The position numbers were made by a program, and so were the translations under genes. The notes below the pieces were generated by a model. It was not told the origin of the DNA. It worked only from the letters and a program-made list of their open reading frames with translations, and ran no database searches. A stretch of DNA of 49,250 bases from a virus (Duplodnaviria > Caudoviricetes): positions 1-49,250 of IMG/VR virus record IMGVR_UViG_3300031892_000002; one strand, given 5' to 3'. Positions 1 through 8,263 of this stretch are shown piece after piece (position 1 is the first letter of the stretch; every line of letters starts with the position of its first letter).

Positions 1-125
1 CAGATCGCGCACCCGTCGACCACGTTCGGTGCATGCGGCACCAGAACATCCCCGGGCTGCTTACCCGGCACGCCACCGTGGAGCAGGATCACGGCATGAC
101 TCCCTTCTCCATGTGAACCTTCGCC
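1..125. repeat. 125-bp terminal direct repeat, copy 1 (identical to 49126-49250); most likely an assembly circularisation overlap
   Basis: Exact sequence identity. Joining the ends couples ORF 89-550 to ORF 48750-49217 through a GTGA overlap. Confidence 0.95.
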
Positions 126-550
126 GACTGAGCGATCACCGCCACAACAGCCCCCCGGACCACCGTCGTATCCCCCAACCGCACCCCCACCACATGCCTG
201 GCGAACTCCACCTGTTCCCCCCACAGACGCCGGCACTCCACCACGTCGAGGTTCGCCGCCGCCAACAGGAACCGGGCCGCGAAGCGTTCCGGCGACGCCT
301 TGTGACGCGCCAACAACTCCTCGTCGAGGATCCACCGCCCGCCGCCCAACGGCGCCCCGTGCGTCTCCGCGAGAACATCCGCGGCCCTGCCTGCCACGAA
401 CAGGCACAACCGGAACACATCCTCCCGACCCCACCCGCGACACCGTTGCAACGCCCGCAACACCCCCATGTCGTCGTGCCCGACCGCGGCCCGAAGTGCC
501 TTCACCCCCGCACGCTCCACCAACCCCTGCGACACAGCCGATCCCATCAC
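89..550 (-). CDS. hypothetical protein
   Basis: 153-aa ORF with AGGAGGAG RBS; GTGA-coupled to the ART-like gene across the junction. Confidence 0.75.
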   Translation of the reverse strand: MMGSAVSQGLVERAGVKALRAAVGHDDMGVLRALQRCRGWGREDVFRLCLFVAGRAADVLAETHGAPLGGGRWILDEELLARHKASPERFAARFLLAAANLDVVECRRLWGEQVEFARHVVGVRLGDTTVVRGAVVAVIAQSAKVHMEKGVMP

Positions 551-561
551 CTTTCTCCTCC

Positions 562-819
562 CTACAGCACGTCACCCACGGGAACATCCCTCACCCGGCG
601 ACCACGCAACACCGCCACGCGCTCACCCGGGCAGTCCTTCCGATGCCGGGCCGGCTCCTCCGCGCAGAACAGAGCAACCGGCCCGGCACCGTGAGCCGCC
701 GAGGTGTACCCGCACACGCACGTGAAGTCAGCAGACGGATGCTCCAACCACACACCACGTCTCGCATTGAACTGACCCAGCACCACGTGCAGCCCGTACA
801 GTCCCGGCGGCATCATCAC
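562..819 (-). CDS. small hypothetical protein, possibly Zn-binding
   Basis: ATGA overlap with WhiB; CxC...HxxxC motif. Confidence 0.7.
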   Translation of the reverse strand: MMMPPGLYGLHVVLGQFNARRGVWLEHPSADFTCVCGYTSAAHGAGPVALFCAEEPARHRKDCPGERVAVLRGRRVRDVPVGDVL

Positions 820-1160
820 CGCAACCTGGGAACGATCTGCGCCAGACGGCGCGCATCATCCTCAATCTCGGCGCGTGCCTTCGCACTGGGAGCGTCGTAC
901 CACCGCGTCCTCTGCGGATACGTCAGCCCACCCCACACCCCCTGAGGCTCCGGCCTGCCACCCGGTCCCGACCGCATCGAATACCGAAGGCACTCATCAC
1001 GCACCGGACACACCGAGAAACACACCCGAGCGCCGTACCTGGCCGTCGACCGGTCCATGACCCCGTCGTCACCCGACGACACCCACAACGTCGGCGGATA
1101 GCTCCGACACGCCGCTACATACATCCACCCCGGGCGCATCTCCAACCAGTCAGCAGTCAC
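816..1160 (-). CDS. whiB: WhiB family transcriptional regulator
   Basis: AAC...CxxxCPVRDECL...GVWGG motif; start placed at GTGA overlap (alternative 1181). Confidence 0.92.
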   Translation of the reverse strand: MTADWLEMRPGWMYVAACRSYPPTLWVSSGDDGVMDRSTARYGARVCFSVCPVRDECLRYSMRSGPGGRPEPQGVWGGLTYPQRTRWYDAPSAKARAEIEDDARRLAQIVPRLR

Positions 1161-1744
1161 GGCCGGCCACCGTTCACCCACCGCGACACGCGTTTCTCAC
1201 TGACCCCGTACACCGACGCGATTCGGAGAATGTCGTCACCCCGCCGATACATCGAGCGGGCCTCCGCACAATCCGCAGCGGCCATGGCCTCGGCCACACC
1301 GGACGGCGGCACCATATCGGCCGTGTAGTGTTCGCCCATGCTCCGAACCGTGCCTTCCAGGCGGGGCTTGCTGCCCAGGGCACGCCCGTTCTCGTCCCAG
1401 GTGATCCACCCGAACGCGTCCCGAACCGTCGTCTCCGGGTCGACCATCGCCGCGACCACGATCGGCAACGCCTCAACCTCCCGCGCGGACAGCTTCCGCA
1501 ACAGGTACCGGATCGCTCCGGCATCGCCGTCCCCACGGACCAGACACACCAGCGCCGCAGCAACCGGCACCAGACCCTCCGCGATATCCCCCGGCGACTT
1601 CGGGTCCAGCACATCGCGTTCGGCCCGCAGGAACCCGCGCAGCGCGGCCGTGGACTCCTCCACCGCCTCCACCGCCCGCACATCCAGCCGGCGACACGGA
1701 TCACAGCACGCCGTGTGCTGATGGAGGGGGAGCGGCTCGGACAC
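1157..1744 (-). CDS. DNA-binding protein with C-terminal HTH
   Basis: C-terminal ARSMYRRGDDILRIASVYGVSEKRVSRWV HTH pattern; GGAG RBS before GTG at 1744. Confidence 0.65.
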   Translation of the reverse strand: MSEPLPLHQHTACCDPCRRLDVRAVEAVEESTAALRGFLRAERDVLDPKSPGDIAEGLVPVAAALVCLVRGDGDAGAIRYLLRKLSAREVEALPIVVAAMVDPETTVRDAFGWITWDENGRALGSKPRLEGTVRSMGEHYTADMVPPSGVAEAMAAADCAEARSMYRRGDDILRIASVYGVSEKRVSRWVNGGRP

Positions 1745-1755
1745 CGCTCCCCCGT

Positions 1756-2688
1756 TCACCGCTGCCCTCCGGGCTGCGCAACCTCCGGCCACGACTCCCC
1801 GTCCTGCGCGGGCGCAGGCGCGGCCGGATGCTCCTCCGGCTTCCCGTACTGCACCGCACCCCACGAAGGAGCGGTCACAGCCGGCTTACGCGGAGCCTTG
1901 ATCTCGTCATCCGTCACCGGCGGGTCACCGAACACGTCGAGAACCGCCAGCTTCCCCGAGCAGATCTCGTCGTACAGGACGTTCAGGTCCGCGACGTGCG
2001 CCAGGACCCACTGATCCGCGGGCCGGCCGATCCGCTGTTCCAACGCCTGCTGGGTGATGCCCTTCTCGGCGAAGCTGGCAACAATCTGCCCCCGCTGCTG
2101 CTGGATCGTCATGCGCGGCTCGCCGCGGTTGGCGAGGGTCTTCTGTGCGATCTCGATGGCTTCCTCACGGAACCACACCGGCAGCACCGCGAAGATCATT
2201 TCGCGGAGGCGGCGCGAAGCATCGTTCGTGTTCCTCTCGTACACGTCACGGCCGTCCGTCAGCCGCACCGGACCGTACTTCGTGTCCCGGGTGTGCGGCA
2301 CGATGAACGTCGTCGAGATCCGCTCGTTCGTCTGCAGGTCCCACGCGTACGCCTGCATCTCCGACTGCCCGAACTCGTCGTCGCGGATCATCTCCACGAT
2401 CCCGCAGTCGATGTTCCCCCAGCAGCGCGCCAGCTCCCGCGCCATCTGAACCGTCGGCCCGGTCACCCTGCCATCGGCCCGCGGAAAGCTGTAGAACGCC
2501 CGCTGCGCCAGCATCCGGTTGCCGCACGCCTGCCGCATCGACACGATCGCCTGCGTCTCGTCCCGCGGGAACTGCCGGGCGATCTGCACCGCTGCCATCA
2601 CCTGCGCCACCGCGCGGGACTGCTCGACCGCCGTTCCCTGCCCGACACGCCCCGGAACCGCAATCGGCCGGTATTCCATCTCGGTCAC
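1756..2688 (-). CDS. putative ssDNA-annealing recombination protein (RecT-position partner of the exonuclease)
   Basis: AVEQSRAVAQV...FPRD...AFYSFPR...GPTVQMARELARCWGNI family; directly downstream of the RecE-like nuclease with GTGA coupling. Confidence 0.65.
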   Translation of the reverse strand: MTEMEYRPIAVPGRVGQGTAVEQSRAVAQVMAAVQIARQFPRDETQAIVSMRQACGNRMLAQRAFYSFPRADGRVTGPTVQMARELARCWGNIDCGIVEMIRDDEFGQSEMQAYAWDLQTNERISTTFIVPHTRDTKYGPVRLTDGRDVYERNTNDASRRLREMIFAVLPVWFREEAIEIAQKTLANRGEPRMTIQQQRGQIVASFAEKGITQQALEQRIGRPADQWVLAHVADLNVLYDEICSGKLAVLDVFGDPPVTDDEIKAPRKPAVTAPSWGAVQYGKPEEHPAAPAPAQDGESWPEVAQPGGQR

Positions 2689-3572
2689 TGCTCCTCCTTC
2701 AATTGCCATGCCGGGAGTTCGGCGGTGTACGTCCGGTCGTTGTTGTAGCCGGGCCACCGATCCTCCCTCTTGCACTGTGCGTACAGATTGATCCCACGCC
2801 GGTTCATGCGCTTCCCTGCCTGGCGCATCTGCGGGTCCATCGCCACCACCGTCACCAGGAACGGCGCCGTCGTCTCCTGGAACACGAGCAACAGGTCCAT
2901 CGACGCGTTGCCGATTCCCAGCGACCGAAGCCCGGACAGGTAGAACTCTCTCTGCCGGTGGTACCCGTACCGGGCGATCGACTTCGCGCACGCCTCCGGG
3001 GACGCGTCCGTCGTCGTCTTGTAGTCCGGAATGATCAGACGTCCGTCCGAGGGAGCCGGAAGCCAGTCCAGACGCAGACGGCACATCACCCCCGTCAGCT
3101 CGTCGCGCCACACCCCGGTCACCTCGGCGTCGCCACCGGACTCCAGGATCTGACCCGTGTCGTACCGCTGCCGGGCGAACAGGGTCGACGCCAACGGATG
3201 CGCCCGCAGGGCATCGGCCATGCCCTTGATCCGCTCGTACTCCTCCGGCTTGAGGACGATGTAGCCGCCGGCCAGAGCCTCACGCTTCTCGATCCGGCCC
3301 TCGCTGGTTCGGCCGTCCGGGTTCTCAAGGACGTGGATCGGCTTTCCCGTTCCCAGGACCATGGTGTGTGCCGCGGTCCCGAAGTCCATGCTGCGGGTGG
3401 ACAGGCGCCCGTTCTCGGCCTCCCACTTGAACTTCGCCGGACACGTGTCCACGATCCGCCGGCAACCGGTCGACGACAGCGAACCGCCTTCGACCGGATC
3501 CCGGTGATACACGTCCTCCGGAACCCCCAGGTACAGGCCCGGGTCGGTGAGCAGCCCAGTAGCGGTTGTCAC
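2685..3572 (-). CDS. RecE/exonuclease VIII-like PD-(D/E)XK nuclease (DUF3799-like)
   Basis: YH..LSST, FGTAAH, CRLRLDW, DYKTT and YGYHRQ..Y motifs. Confidence 0.88.
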   Translation of the reverse strand: MTTATGLLTDPGLYLGVPEDVYHRDPVEGGSLSSTGCRRIVDTCPAKFKWEAENGRLSTRSMDFGTAAHTMVLGTGKPIHVLENPDGRTSEGRIEKREALAGGYIVLKPEEYERIKGMADALRAHPLASTLFARQRYDTGQILESGGDAEVTGVWRDELTGVMCRLRLDWLPAPSDGRLIIPDYKTTTDASPEACAKSIARYGYHRQREFYLSGLRSLGIGNASMDLLLVFQETTAPFLVTVVAMDPQMRQAGKRMNRRGINLYAQCKREDRWPGYNNDRTYTAELPAWQLKEEQ

Positions 3573-3790
3573 CCGGCCTCCGCAGCCATCGACGCGATCT
3601 CGGCGAGAGCAATGCCGGCGTAGATGGTGGCCATTCGCTCGCGCTCCTCGGCGTCCCCGGCGCGGGTCTCCGCGGCCCGGACGCGTGCGGCCAGTTCGGC
3701 CTTTTCGTTGCGCAGGTCCTTCACGTCCTGCTGCAGGAGCCGGAACTTGCGCTCCATGTCCGCGATCTCGCTGTCGGTGAAGATCTTCAA
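3569..3790 (-). CDS. small coiled-coil hypothetical protein
   Basis: GGAGG RBS before TTG at 3790; heptad-like sequence. Confidence 0.6.
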   Translation of the reverse strand: MKIFTDSEIADMERKFRLLQQDVKDLRNEKAELAARVRAAETRAGDAEERERMATIYAGIALAEIASMAAEAG

Positions 3791-3876
3791 CGGTTCCTCC
3801 TCGCATCGACCCACGCCAGTACCCCGAGGACTGCTCCGAGGAGCAGACCGACGGCACACCACACGTGCCCGGTCAC
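3787..3876 (-). CDS. 29-aa single-TM peptide
   Basis: Coupled overlaps on both sides; WCAVGLLLGAVLGVLAWV followed by RRNR. Confidence 0.5.
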   Translation of the reverse strand: MTGHVWCAVGLLLGAVLGVLAWVDARRNR

Positions 3877-4157
3877 GGCTTGTACCAGCGGTCCGTGTCC
3901 AGGCCGCGGAGGTTGATCTGCACCCCGCGCCACGTTCCGACGGTGTTGACCATGCTGCGGCCCCACTTCGTCCGCTCCGGGTCGACGCGGAACAGGTTGC
4001 ACCACGTGTCCCATACGGACTGCTCCGTCGGGCAGACGGTCAGGTTGACCTGGTCGACGTGGGCGTAGATCTCGGTGATCGGGTCGAGGCGCCGGGCGAA
4101 CGACTCCGTCTGCAGGGACACGGCGACCGTGCGCGCGTCCGCGGCTTCCATCGTCAT
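3873..4157 (-). CDS. hypothetical protein
   Basis: ATGA coupling with the upstream gene. Confidence 0.7.
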   Translation of the reverse strand: MTMEAADARTVAVSLQTESFARRLDPITEIYAHVDQVNLTVCPTEQSVWDTWCNLFRVDPERTKWGRSMVNTVGTWRGVQINLRGLDTDRWYKP

Positions 4158-4483
4158 GCCGCCACCGCCGTCTCCTGTGACACGGAGAGGTGGACGGTGA
4201 CGTCCTGGTACGTCAGGTAGCAGTGACGCAGCCGGTACGTCTTGCCCGCGTATTCGTGCGTCAGGGACTTCATGTCCCACGCCTGTCCGAGGGCGAGCTG
4301 CCACGCGCTGATCGTCTGGTGGCTGATCTTCTCGCCGACGTCCGTGAAGTTGACTTCGAGGAATCCCGGCAGGGGGGCGCTGATGGTGGGCTCCACGTTC
4401 GCGCCGAGGACGGCGGCGTGGTCCAGGAGGTTCGCGCCGACGCGCAGGGTCTGCGCCTTCGTGGGGTTGCTAGGGTGGCTCAT
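4154..4483 (-). CDS. hypothetical protein
   Basis: AGGAAAGGGG RBS before ATG at 4483. Confidence 0.7.
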   Translation of the reverse strand: MSHPSNPTKAQTLRVGANLLDHAAVLGANVEPTISAPLPGFLEVNFTDVGEKISHQTISAWQLALGQAWDMKSLTHEYAGKTYRLRHCYLTYQDVTVHLSVSQETAVAA

Positions 4484-4588
4484 TGGCCGACCCCTTTCCT
4501 GTCTTGGGGGTTGGTTCCGGGGGCCGTCCTCGGGGGCTAATCCAGGACGGTCCCCGCCTTGTGCGGGGTATGTGCCCGGTGTTGTTGC

Positions 4589-4617
4589 AGTGTGATCCGG
4601 GCCACACGGTGATGCAA
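4589..4617 (-). promoter_or_regulatory. putative sigma70-type promoter TTGCAT-N17-CACACT for the recombination operon
   Basis: Hexamer match with 17-nt spacer in an intergenic gap. Confidence 0.45.
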
Positions 4618-4625
4618 GACGTTCG

Positions 4626-4865
4626 CTAGTTCCAGGCGACGCGGCCCGTCGCCCTGAACATGTCGGCCAGATCCATGCCACACGCCTGTGCGATTCTGGC
4701 TGCTATGGGCTCCGAAACGGCGGTGGTCTTCCCGCTGCGCAGGCGATGCACCGTGGCGAAGGAGCATCCGGCCGCTGTGGCGATGGAGCGCACGGTGTGC
4801 CGGCGCAGAGGATCAGGGTTGGTCAGTTCGTACATCCCCACCTGGGGGATTGCTCGCTCTGTCAT
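4626..4865 (-). CDS. Cro/XRE-family HTH regulator
   Basis: TVRSIATAAGCSFATVHRLRSG...ARIAQACG..LADMF. Confidence 0.85.
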   Translation of the reverse strand: MTERAIPQVGMYELTNPDPLRRHTVRSIATAAGCSFATVHRLRSGKTTAVSEPIAARIAQACGMDLADMFRATGRVAWN

Positions 4866-4871
4866 GACTCA

Positions 4872-4900
4872 AGAATGACACAGAATGACACAAGCGTCAA
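4872..4900 (-). promoter_or_regulatory. leaderless promoter TTGACG-N17-CATTCT overlapped by a tandem AGAATGACAC x2 repeat
   Basis: -35 at 4895-4900, -10 at 4872-4877, ATG 6 nt downstream; repeats at 4872-4881 and 4882-4891. Confidence 0.7.
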
Positions 4901-4914
4901 GGCCCCAACACGAA

Positions 4915-4940
4915 GGGGCCCCACCACCCGGCAGGGCCCC
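4915..4940 (-). terminator. hairpin terminator after the lysis cassette
   Basis: GGGGCCC/GGGCCCC stem followed by TTCGTGTT on the minus strand. Confidence 0.6.
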
Positions 4941-4945
4941 ACCCA

Positions 4946-5293
4946 TCAACCACTGGAACGCTGCGGTCTTAACCCACCGCCCTGGTCACCATCCAACAGC
5001 CGGCTCCCGATACTGCGCTCCACACCCCCCACCCGCGTCTCCAACGCCGCAGCGTGGCCCTTCACCGACTGCAGCCCGGTTTCCAGATCTCCCACCCGCT
5101 GCATCAACGGCGGACGCCCCGGAACACCCGGCCGCGGCTCCTCTCCGTTCCACGCGTCCAGGATGTGACCCGTCTTCTTCGTGATCTTCCGAAGCCCCCG
5201 CCAGATCATCGTGAGCAGCGTGATAATCGCCGTCAGCGCGATCGACCACACCACCACCGCATCCACCGGAGCTATACCCGTGGTGTCACTCAC
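4946..5293 (-). CDS. lysis-cassette membrane protein (1 TM plus coiled coil); contains an in-frame TTA
   Basis: N-terminal TM; WNGEEPRPGVP.RP..M.RV motif typical of actinophage post-holin genes. Confidence 0.75.
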   Translation of the reverse strand: MSDTTGIAPVDAVVVWSIALTAIITLLTMIWRGLRKITKKTGHILDAWNGEEPRPGVPGRPPLMQRVGDLETGLQSVKGHAAALETRVGGVERSIGSRLLDGDQGGGLRPQRSSG

Positions 5294-5543
5294 GAGGGGG
5301 CCTCCACGGGGCCTCCACGCGGTCCTCCGTCCGGGGAGTGTGCCGCGCCTGCCACCCAGCCACAGCAGTCACCGCAGCCGGCACCACCGCCAGCACCAGC
5401 GGCCCCAGCCACGACGGCAGACCCGACACCAGCGCCGGCTGATCCCGCACCGCCTCCAGCACCGCCAGCACGCCCGCGGACCCCACATACGACGCAGCGG
5501 TCGCCCACTTCACCTTCGCCTCGACCGGATGCCCCACGATCAC
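5286..5543 (-). CDS. holin
   Basis: Two hydrophobic segments; VEAKVKWAT...AGWQARHTPR Streptomyces-phage holin pattern; follows the endolysin. Confidence 0.85.
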   Translation of the reverse strand: MIVGHPVEAKVKWATAASYVGSAGVLAVLEAVRDQPALVSGLPSWLGPLVLAVVPAAVTAVAGWQARHTPRTEDRVEAPWRPPRE

Positions 5544-6334
5544 TCCCCCGTCCCCTCAAAGGAAACCTGCAGCTTGAGGACGCCAGCGAGAGCATCCCGA
5601 AGCTCCTGAGGCCATGTCGCGAACTTCGCGTGGAGCTCCGGGACGACGAAGTGCAGCGGGTGATCCCCCGCCGACTCCGGTACCTCGGACATGGCCTGGT
5701 TCAGCCAGTACAGGATGTCGTGGGTGATGTCCGACTTCATGGAGCCGACCGCGTTCTGAACGATGCGCGTCAGGTCGGCCTCGGTGAACGCAGCCATGGG
5801 GTCCTCCTCGTTTGCTGCTGCGACGATCCCGGGGAACACCCGGTCGTGGAACTGGCGGACGCGGGCGTCGCCGGGGCACTCGGTGCCGCCCGTCGACCAC
5901 TCCGGGAACATGCGGTGATAGCCGAACCCGGGATCCGCCGCGGTCCGGCAGATCCGAAGGGGAATCTGGTGGGTGCGGTGCAGCCACACGCCGACCCGGA
6001 TGATCGACCGGATCTGCTCCTCGGTCCACGGATCGGTGTGCTGGAGATCCGAAGCGGTCTCCATCGACACCGCGCCCGTACCGTCAGGGCGCCGGTTCGC
6101 CTTGTAGTTCGCGTCCGCGCACGTCGCCGTGGACAGGAACTGACCCATCGACCCGTCGTAGTCGAGGCCGAAATGCGACTCCAGGTTCGTCGAGTCGCGC
6201 CAGTACTCGTAGATCCGCTGCGCACTCCACGGGGCTGCGATGCTGTGCAGGATGAACTGTGTCGGCACAATGGCCGGCTGACTACTTGATTCGGGCTGCA
6301 ACTCCATGCGTTGCGCACCCTCGTACCACGCCAT
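5540..6334 (-). CDS. endolysin, N-acetylmuramoyl-L-alanine amidase (Amidase_2-like)
   Basis: ILHS, ESHF, SMET and GYH...ECPG Zn-amidase motifs; upstream of the holin. Confidence 0.9.
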   Translation of the reverse strand: MAWYEGAQRMELQPESSSQPAIVPTQFILHSIAAPWSAQRIYEYWRDSTNLESHFGLDYDGSMGQFLSTATCADANYKANRRPDGTGAVSMETASDLQHTDPWTEEQIRSIIRVGVWLHRTHQIPLRICRTAADPGFGYHRMFPEWSTGGTECPGDARVRQFHDRVFPGIVAAANEEDPMAAFTEADLTRIVQNAVGSMKSDITHDILYWLNQAMSEVPESAGDHPLHFVVPELHAKFATWPQELRDALAGVLKLQVSFEGTGE

Positions 6335-6371
6335 GGCGGTTCCATTCGTTCGGGGGCTGGCGATCACCGTA

Positions 6372-6407
6372 ACGCATATTCAGCCACCTGACGCATATTC
6401 CGCCACC
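6372..6407. repeat. 17-bp direct repeat ACGCATATTC(A/C)GCCACC x2 upstream of the endolysin
   Basis: Copies at 6372-6388 and 6391-6407 with one mismatch. Confidence 0.8.
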
Positions 6408-6412
6408 GTGTG

Positions 6413-6964
6413 CTACACCGACACCCGGAACACCTGCGCCTCACAACCCGTCGTCGAAATCGAGAACGCCGCCGTGTGACCGATCCGGAACTGAACCTTA
6501 TCCCCCACCACACACGACCGCATCACCGCAGCCTCCGCCGACCAGCCGAACGGCGCCGTCGTCGGCGGACCCGACGCCTGCAACCCCACCACCACACCAT
6601 TCACCAACAGCTCCAACTGACGGCCACCCACACCGTTCGCCTCCAACGACCCCTCGCAAGAGATCATGTACAGGCCGTTCGACCGGATCGTGATCGAATA
6701 CGGGTCTGTCACCAGGTCGACCATGTTCGCGTTGTCGAACGCCTCCTGGTTGAACAGGATCAGGGTGCCGGCCGCAGGCGGGATGACCTGCGTACCCGCC
6801 CGGATCCACGCAATCGGCGGATCCGTGATCGCCGACAGCTGCGTCTCCGTGTCCGTCATCTCCGCGTCCACGGCCTCGGCAAGAGCCTGGATCTGCGCCG
6901 GAGTATCAGCCGGATCCGTGGGCTGCGGGTATGGGAACAGCAACGGGACAGTGAAACCGGTCAT
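6413..6964 (-). CDS. minor tail protein (C1q/TNF-like C-terminal domain), paralog 1
   Basis: PYP...PAQIQALAEA.D N-terminus; beta-rich F..E.FDN..M...GLY.I C-terminus. Confidence 0.75.
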   Translation of the reverse strand: MTGFTVPLLFPYPQPTDPADTPAQIQALAEAVDAEMTDTETQLSAITDPPIAWIRAGTQVIPPAAGTLILFNQEAFDNANMVDLVTDPYSITIRSNGLYMISCEGSLEANGVGGRQLELLVNGVVVGLQASGPPTTAPFGWSAEAAVMRSCVVGDKVQFRIGHTAAFSISTTGCEAQVFRVSV

Positions 6965-6977
6965 CGGGCGACCCTTC

Positions 6978-7526
6978 CTAGCCGGACACGCGGGATGCTG
7001 AGAACACCTTGCTGTTGCAGTTCAGGGCGCCACCGGACGTCTGGAACAGCTGCAACGTCAGGATGTCACCCGGCGCCCCGACCACCAGATGCGTGACCGG
7101 TGTACCGGACTGCAGCGCCGCGGCGTTGAACGCCCGGAACCCGGCCACCGCAACGCCGTTCTTGAAGATCTGTGCTTCACGGACACCGACAGCGTTCGCC
7201 GCCCACGTCGCCGTCCCGGTCACCAGGTACACGCCGGCAGTCTGGATCACCAGGTTGGTGTTCGACCCACCAATGTTGATCATGTTGTCGTTGTCGAAAT
7301 CCTCCGTCGTGAACGTCCCCGCCGTCACCGCGTTGTTCGGAATCGCCTGCGCCGCCACCGACGACATGCGGCCGGCCTTACGCGCCACGATCCCCGCGAT
7401 CAAAGCCTGAGACGCCACCAACGCATCATCGATCGCCTCCGCCAACGCCTGAATCTGCGCCGGCGGATTCACCGCCTCCGTGTACAGCGGGTACGGCAGG
7501 TTCTGAGGTGACGTGAAACCAGGCAT
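6978..7526 (-). CDS. minor tail protein, paralog 2
   Basis: Same motifs as 6413-6964. Confidence 0.75.
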   Translation of the reverse strand: MPGFTSPQNLPYPLYTEAVNPPAQIQALAEAIDDALVASQALIAGIVARKAGRMSSVAAQAIPNNAVTAGTFTTEDFDNDNMINIGGSNTNLVIQTAGVYLVTGTATWAANAVGVREAQIFKNGVAVAGFRAFNAAALQSGTPVTHLVVGAPGDILTLQLFQTSGGALNCNSKVFSASRVSG

Positions 7527-8263
7527 CAGCCGATCCTCCTAGCGATCACGGCGTCCCACAGCACACTGATCGACGCCGCGGACATCGACCGCGTGGCGAC
7601 CCGCAGGTAGTTCGTCGCGGCCGGAACCACCACCGACCCCGACACCGACGAATGCGACGCATCCGGACCCACATCGTTGACCTGCGCCACCAACGTGTCA
7701 GCCGCCGACGTCGTCGGATACAGATTCGTGTTGTTGACGAACCACAGCGCGTACAGGGCCGCATCCGCAGACGGCACCGTCGCCGGCGGATACGTCGCAG
7801 ACGCCAGAGCCGAGATCGCCCATGTCTGCCCCGGCGCCACCGGGATCGGAGACGAGTACACGTACGTGTCCTGCACCGCACCGCCGGCGTTCACGGACAG
7901 CTCCCGCGACCCCAGCGGGGCATAGCCCGTCACCACGCCCGTAGCCGTCGCCGCACCGGACAGGTTCGCGATGAACCAGCCGTCAGGGATCGTCCCCGGA
8001 GGGCCGTCCTCAAAGCTGAAATTGAACACCTGGTTCGGCCCGACCCCGGCCAACGCGTCGATGACGATCCACGAAGCGTCCTGCCGGTTGAAGTACACCA
8101 GGTCACCCACAACAGGCGTGTACGAACGCGTGTACGCCGCAGGAAAAGTGATCCCACGGGCCAGGATCGTCAACGTCGTAGACGACACCGCGACGACCGT
8201 CCCCACACCGCCCTCCGCCGCATACGGGATCGCGTTGTCGATCGCCTGCGGAAGCGTGATCAC
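7526..8263 (-). CDS. minor tail protein with carbohydrate-binding-like domain
   Basis: N-terminal Y.PVVGD.V OB-like motif; N.SFE.G...W CBM-like C-terminus. Confidence 0.7.
   Translation of the reverse strand: MITLPQAIDNAIPYAAEGGVGTVVAVSSTTLTILARGITFPAAYTRSYTPVVGDLVYFNRQDASWIVIDALAGVGPNQVFNFSFEDGPPGTIPDGWFIANLSGAATATGVVTGYAPLGSRELSVNAGGAVQDTYVYSSPIPVAPGQTWAISALASATYPPATVPSADAALYALWFVNNTNLYPTTSAADTLVAQVNDVGPDASHSSVSGSVVVPAATNYLRVATRSMSAASISVLWDAVIARRIG

Noticed and set aside
1-125. Terminal repeat as a biological DTR
   Set aside because: It falls across two coupled genes far from the terminase, and its length is typical of an assembler overlap; read data would be needed to show real termini.
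2685-3572. Cas4 / CRISPR adaptation gene
   Set aside because: Lacks the Fe-S cysteine set; motifs and neighbour fit a RecE-like recombination nuclease.
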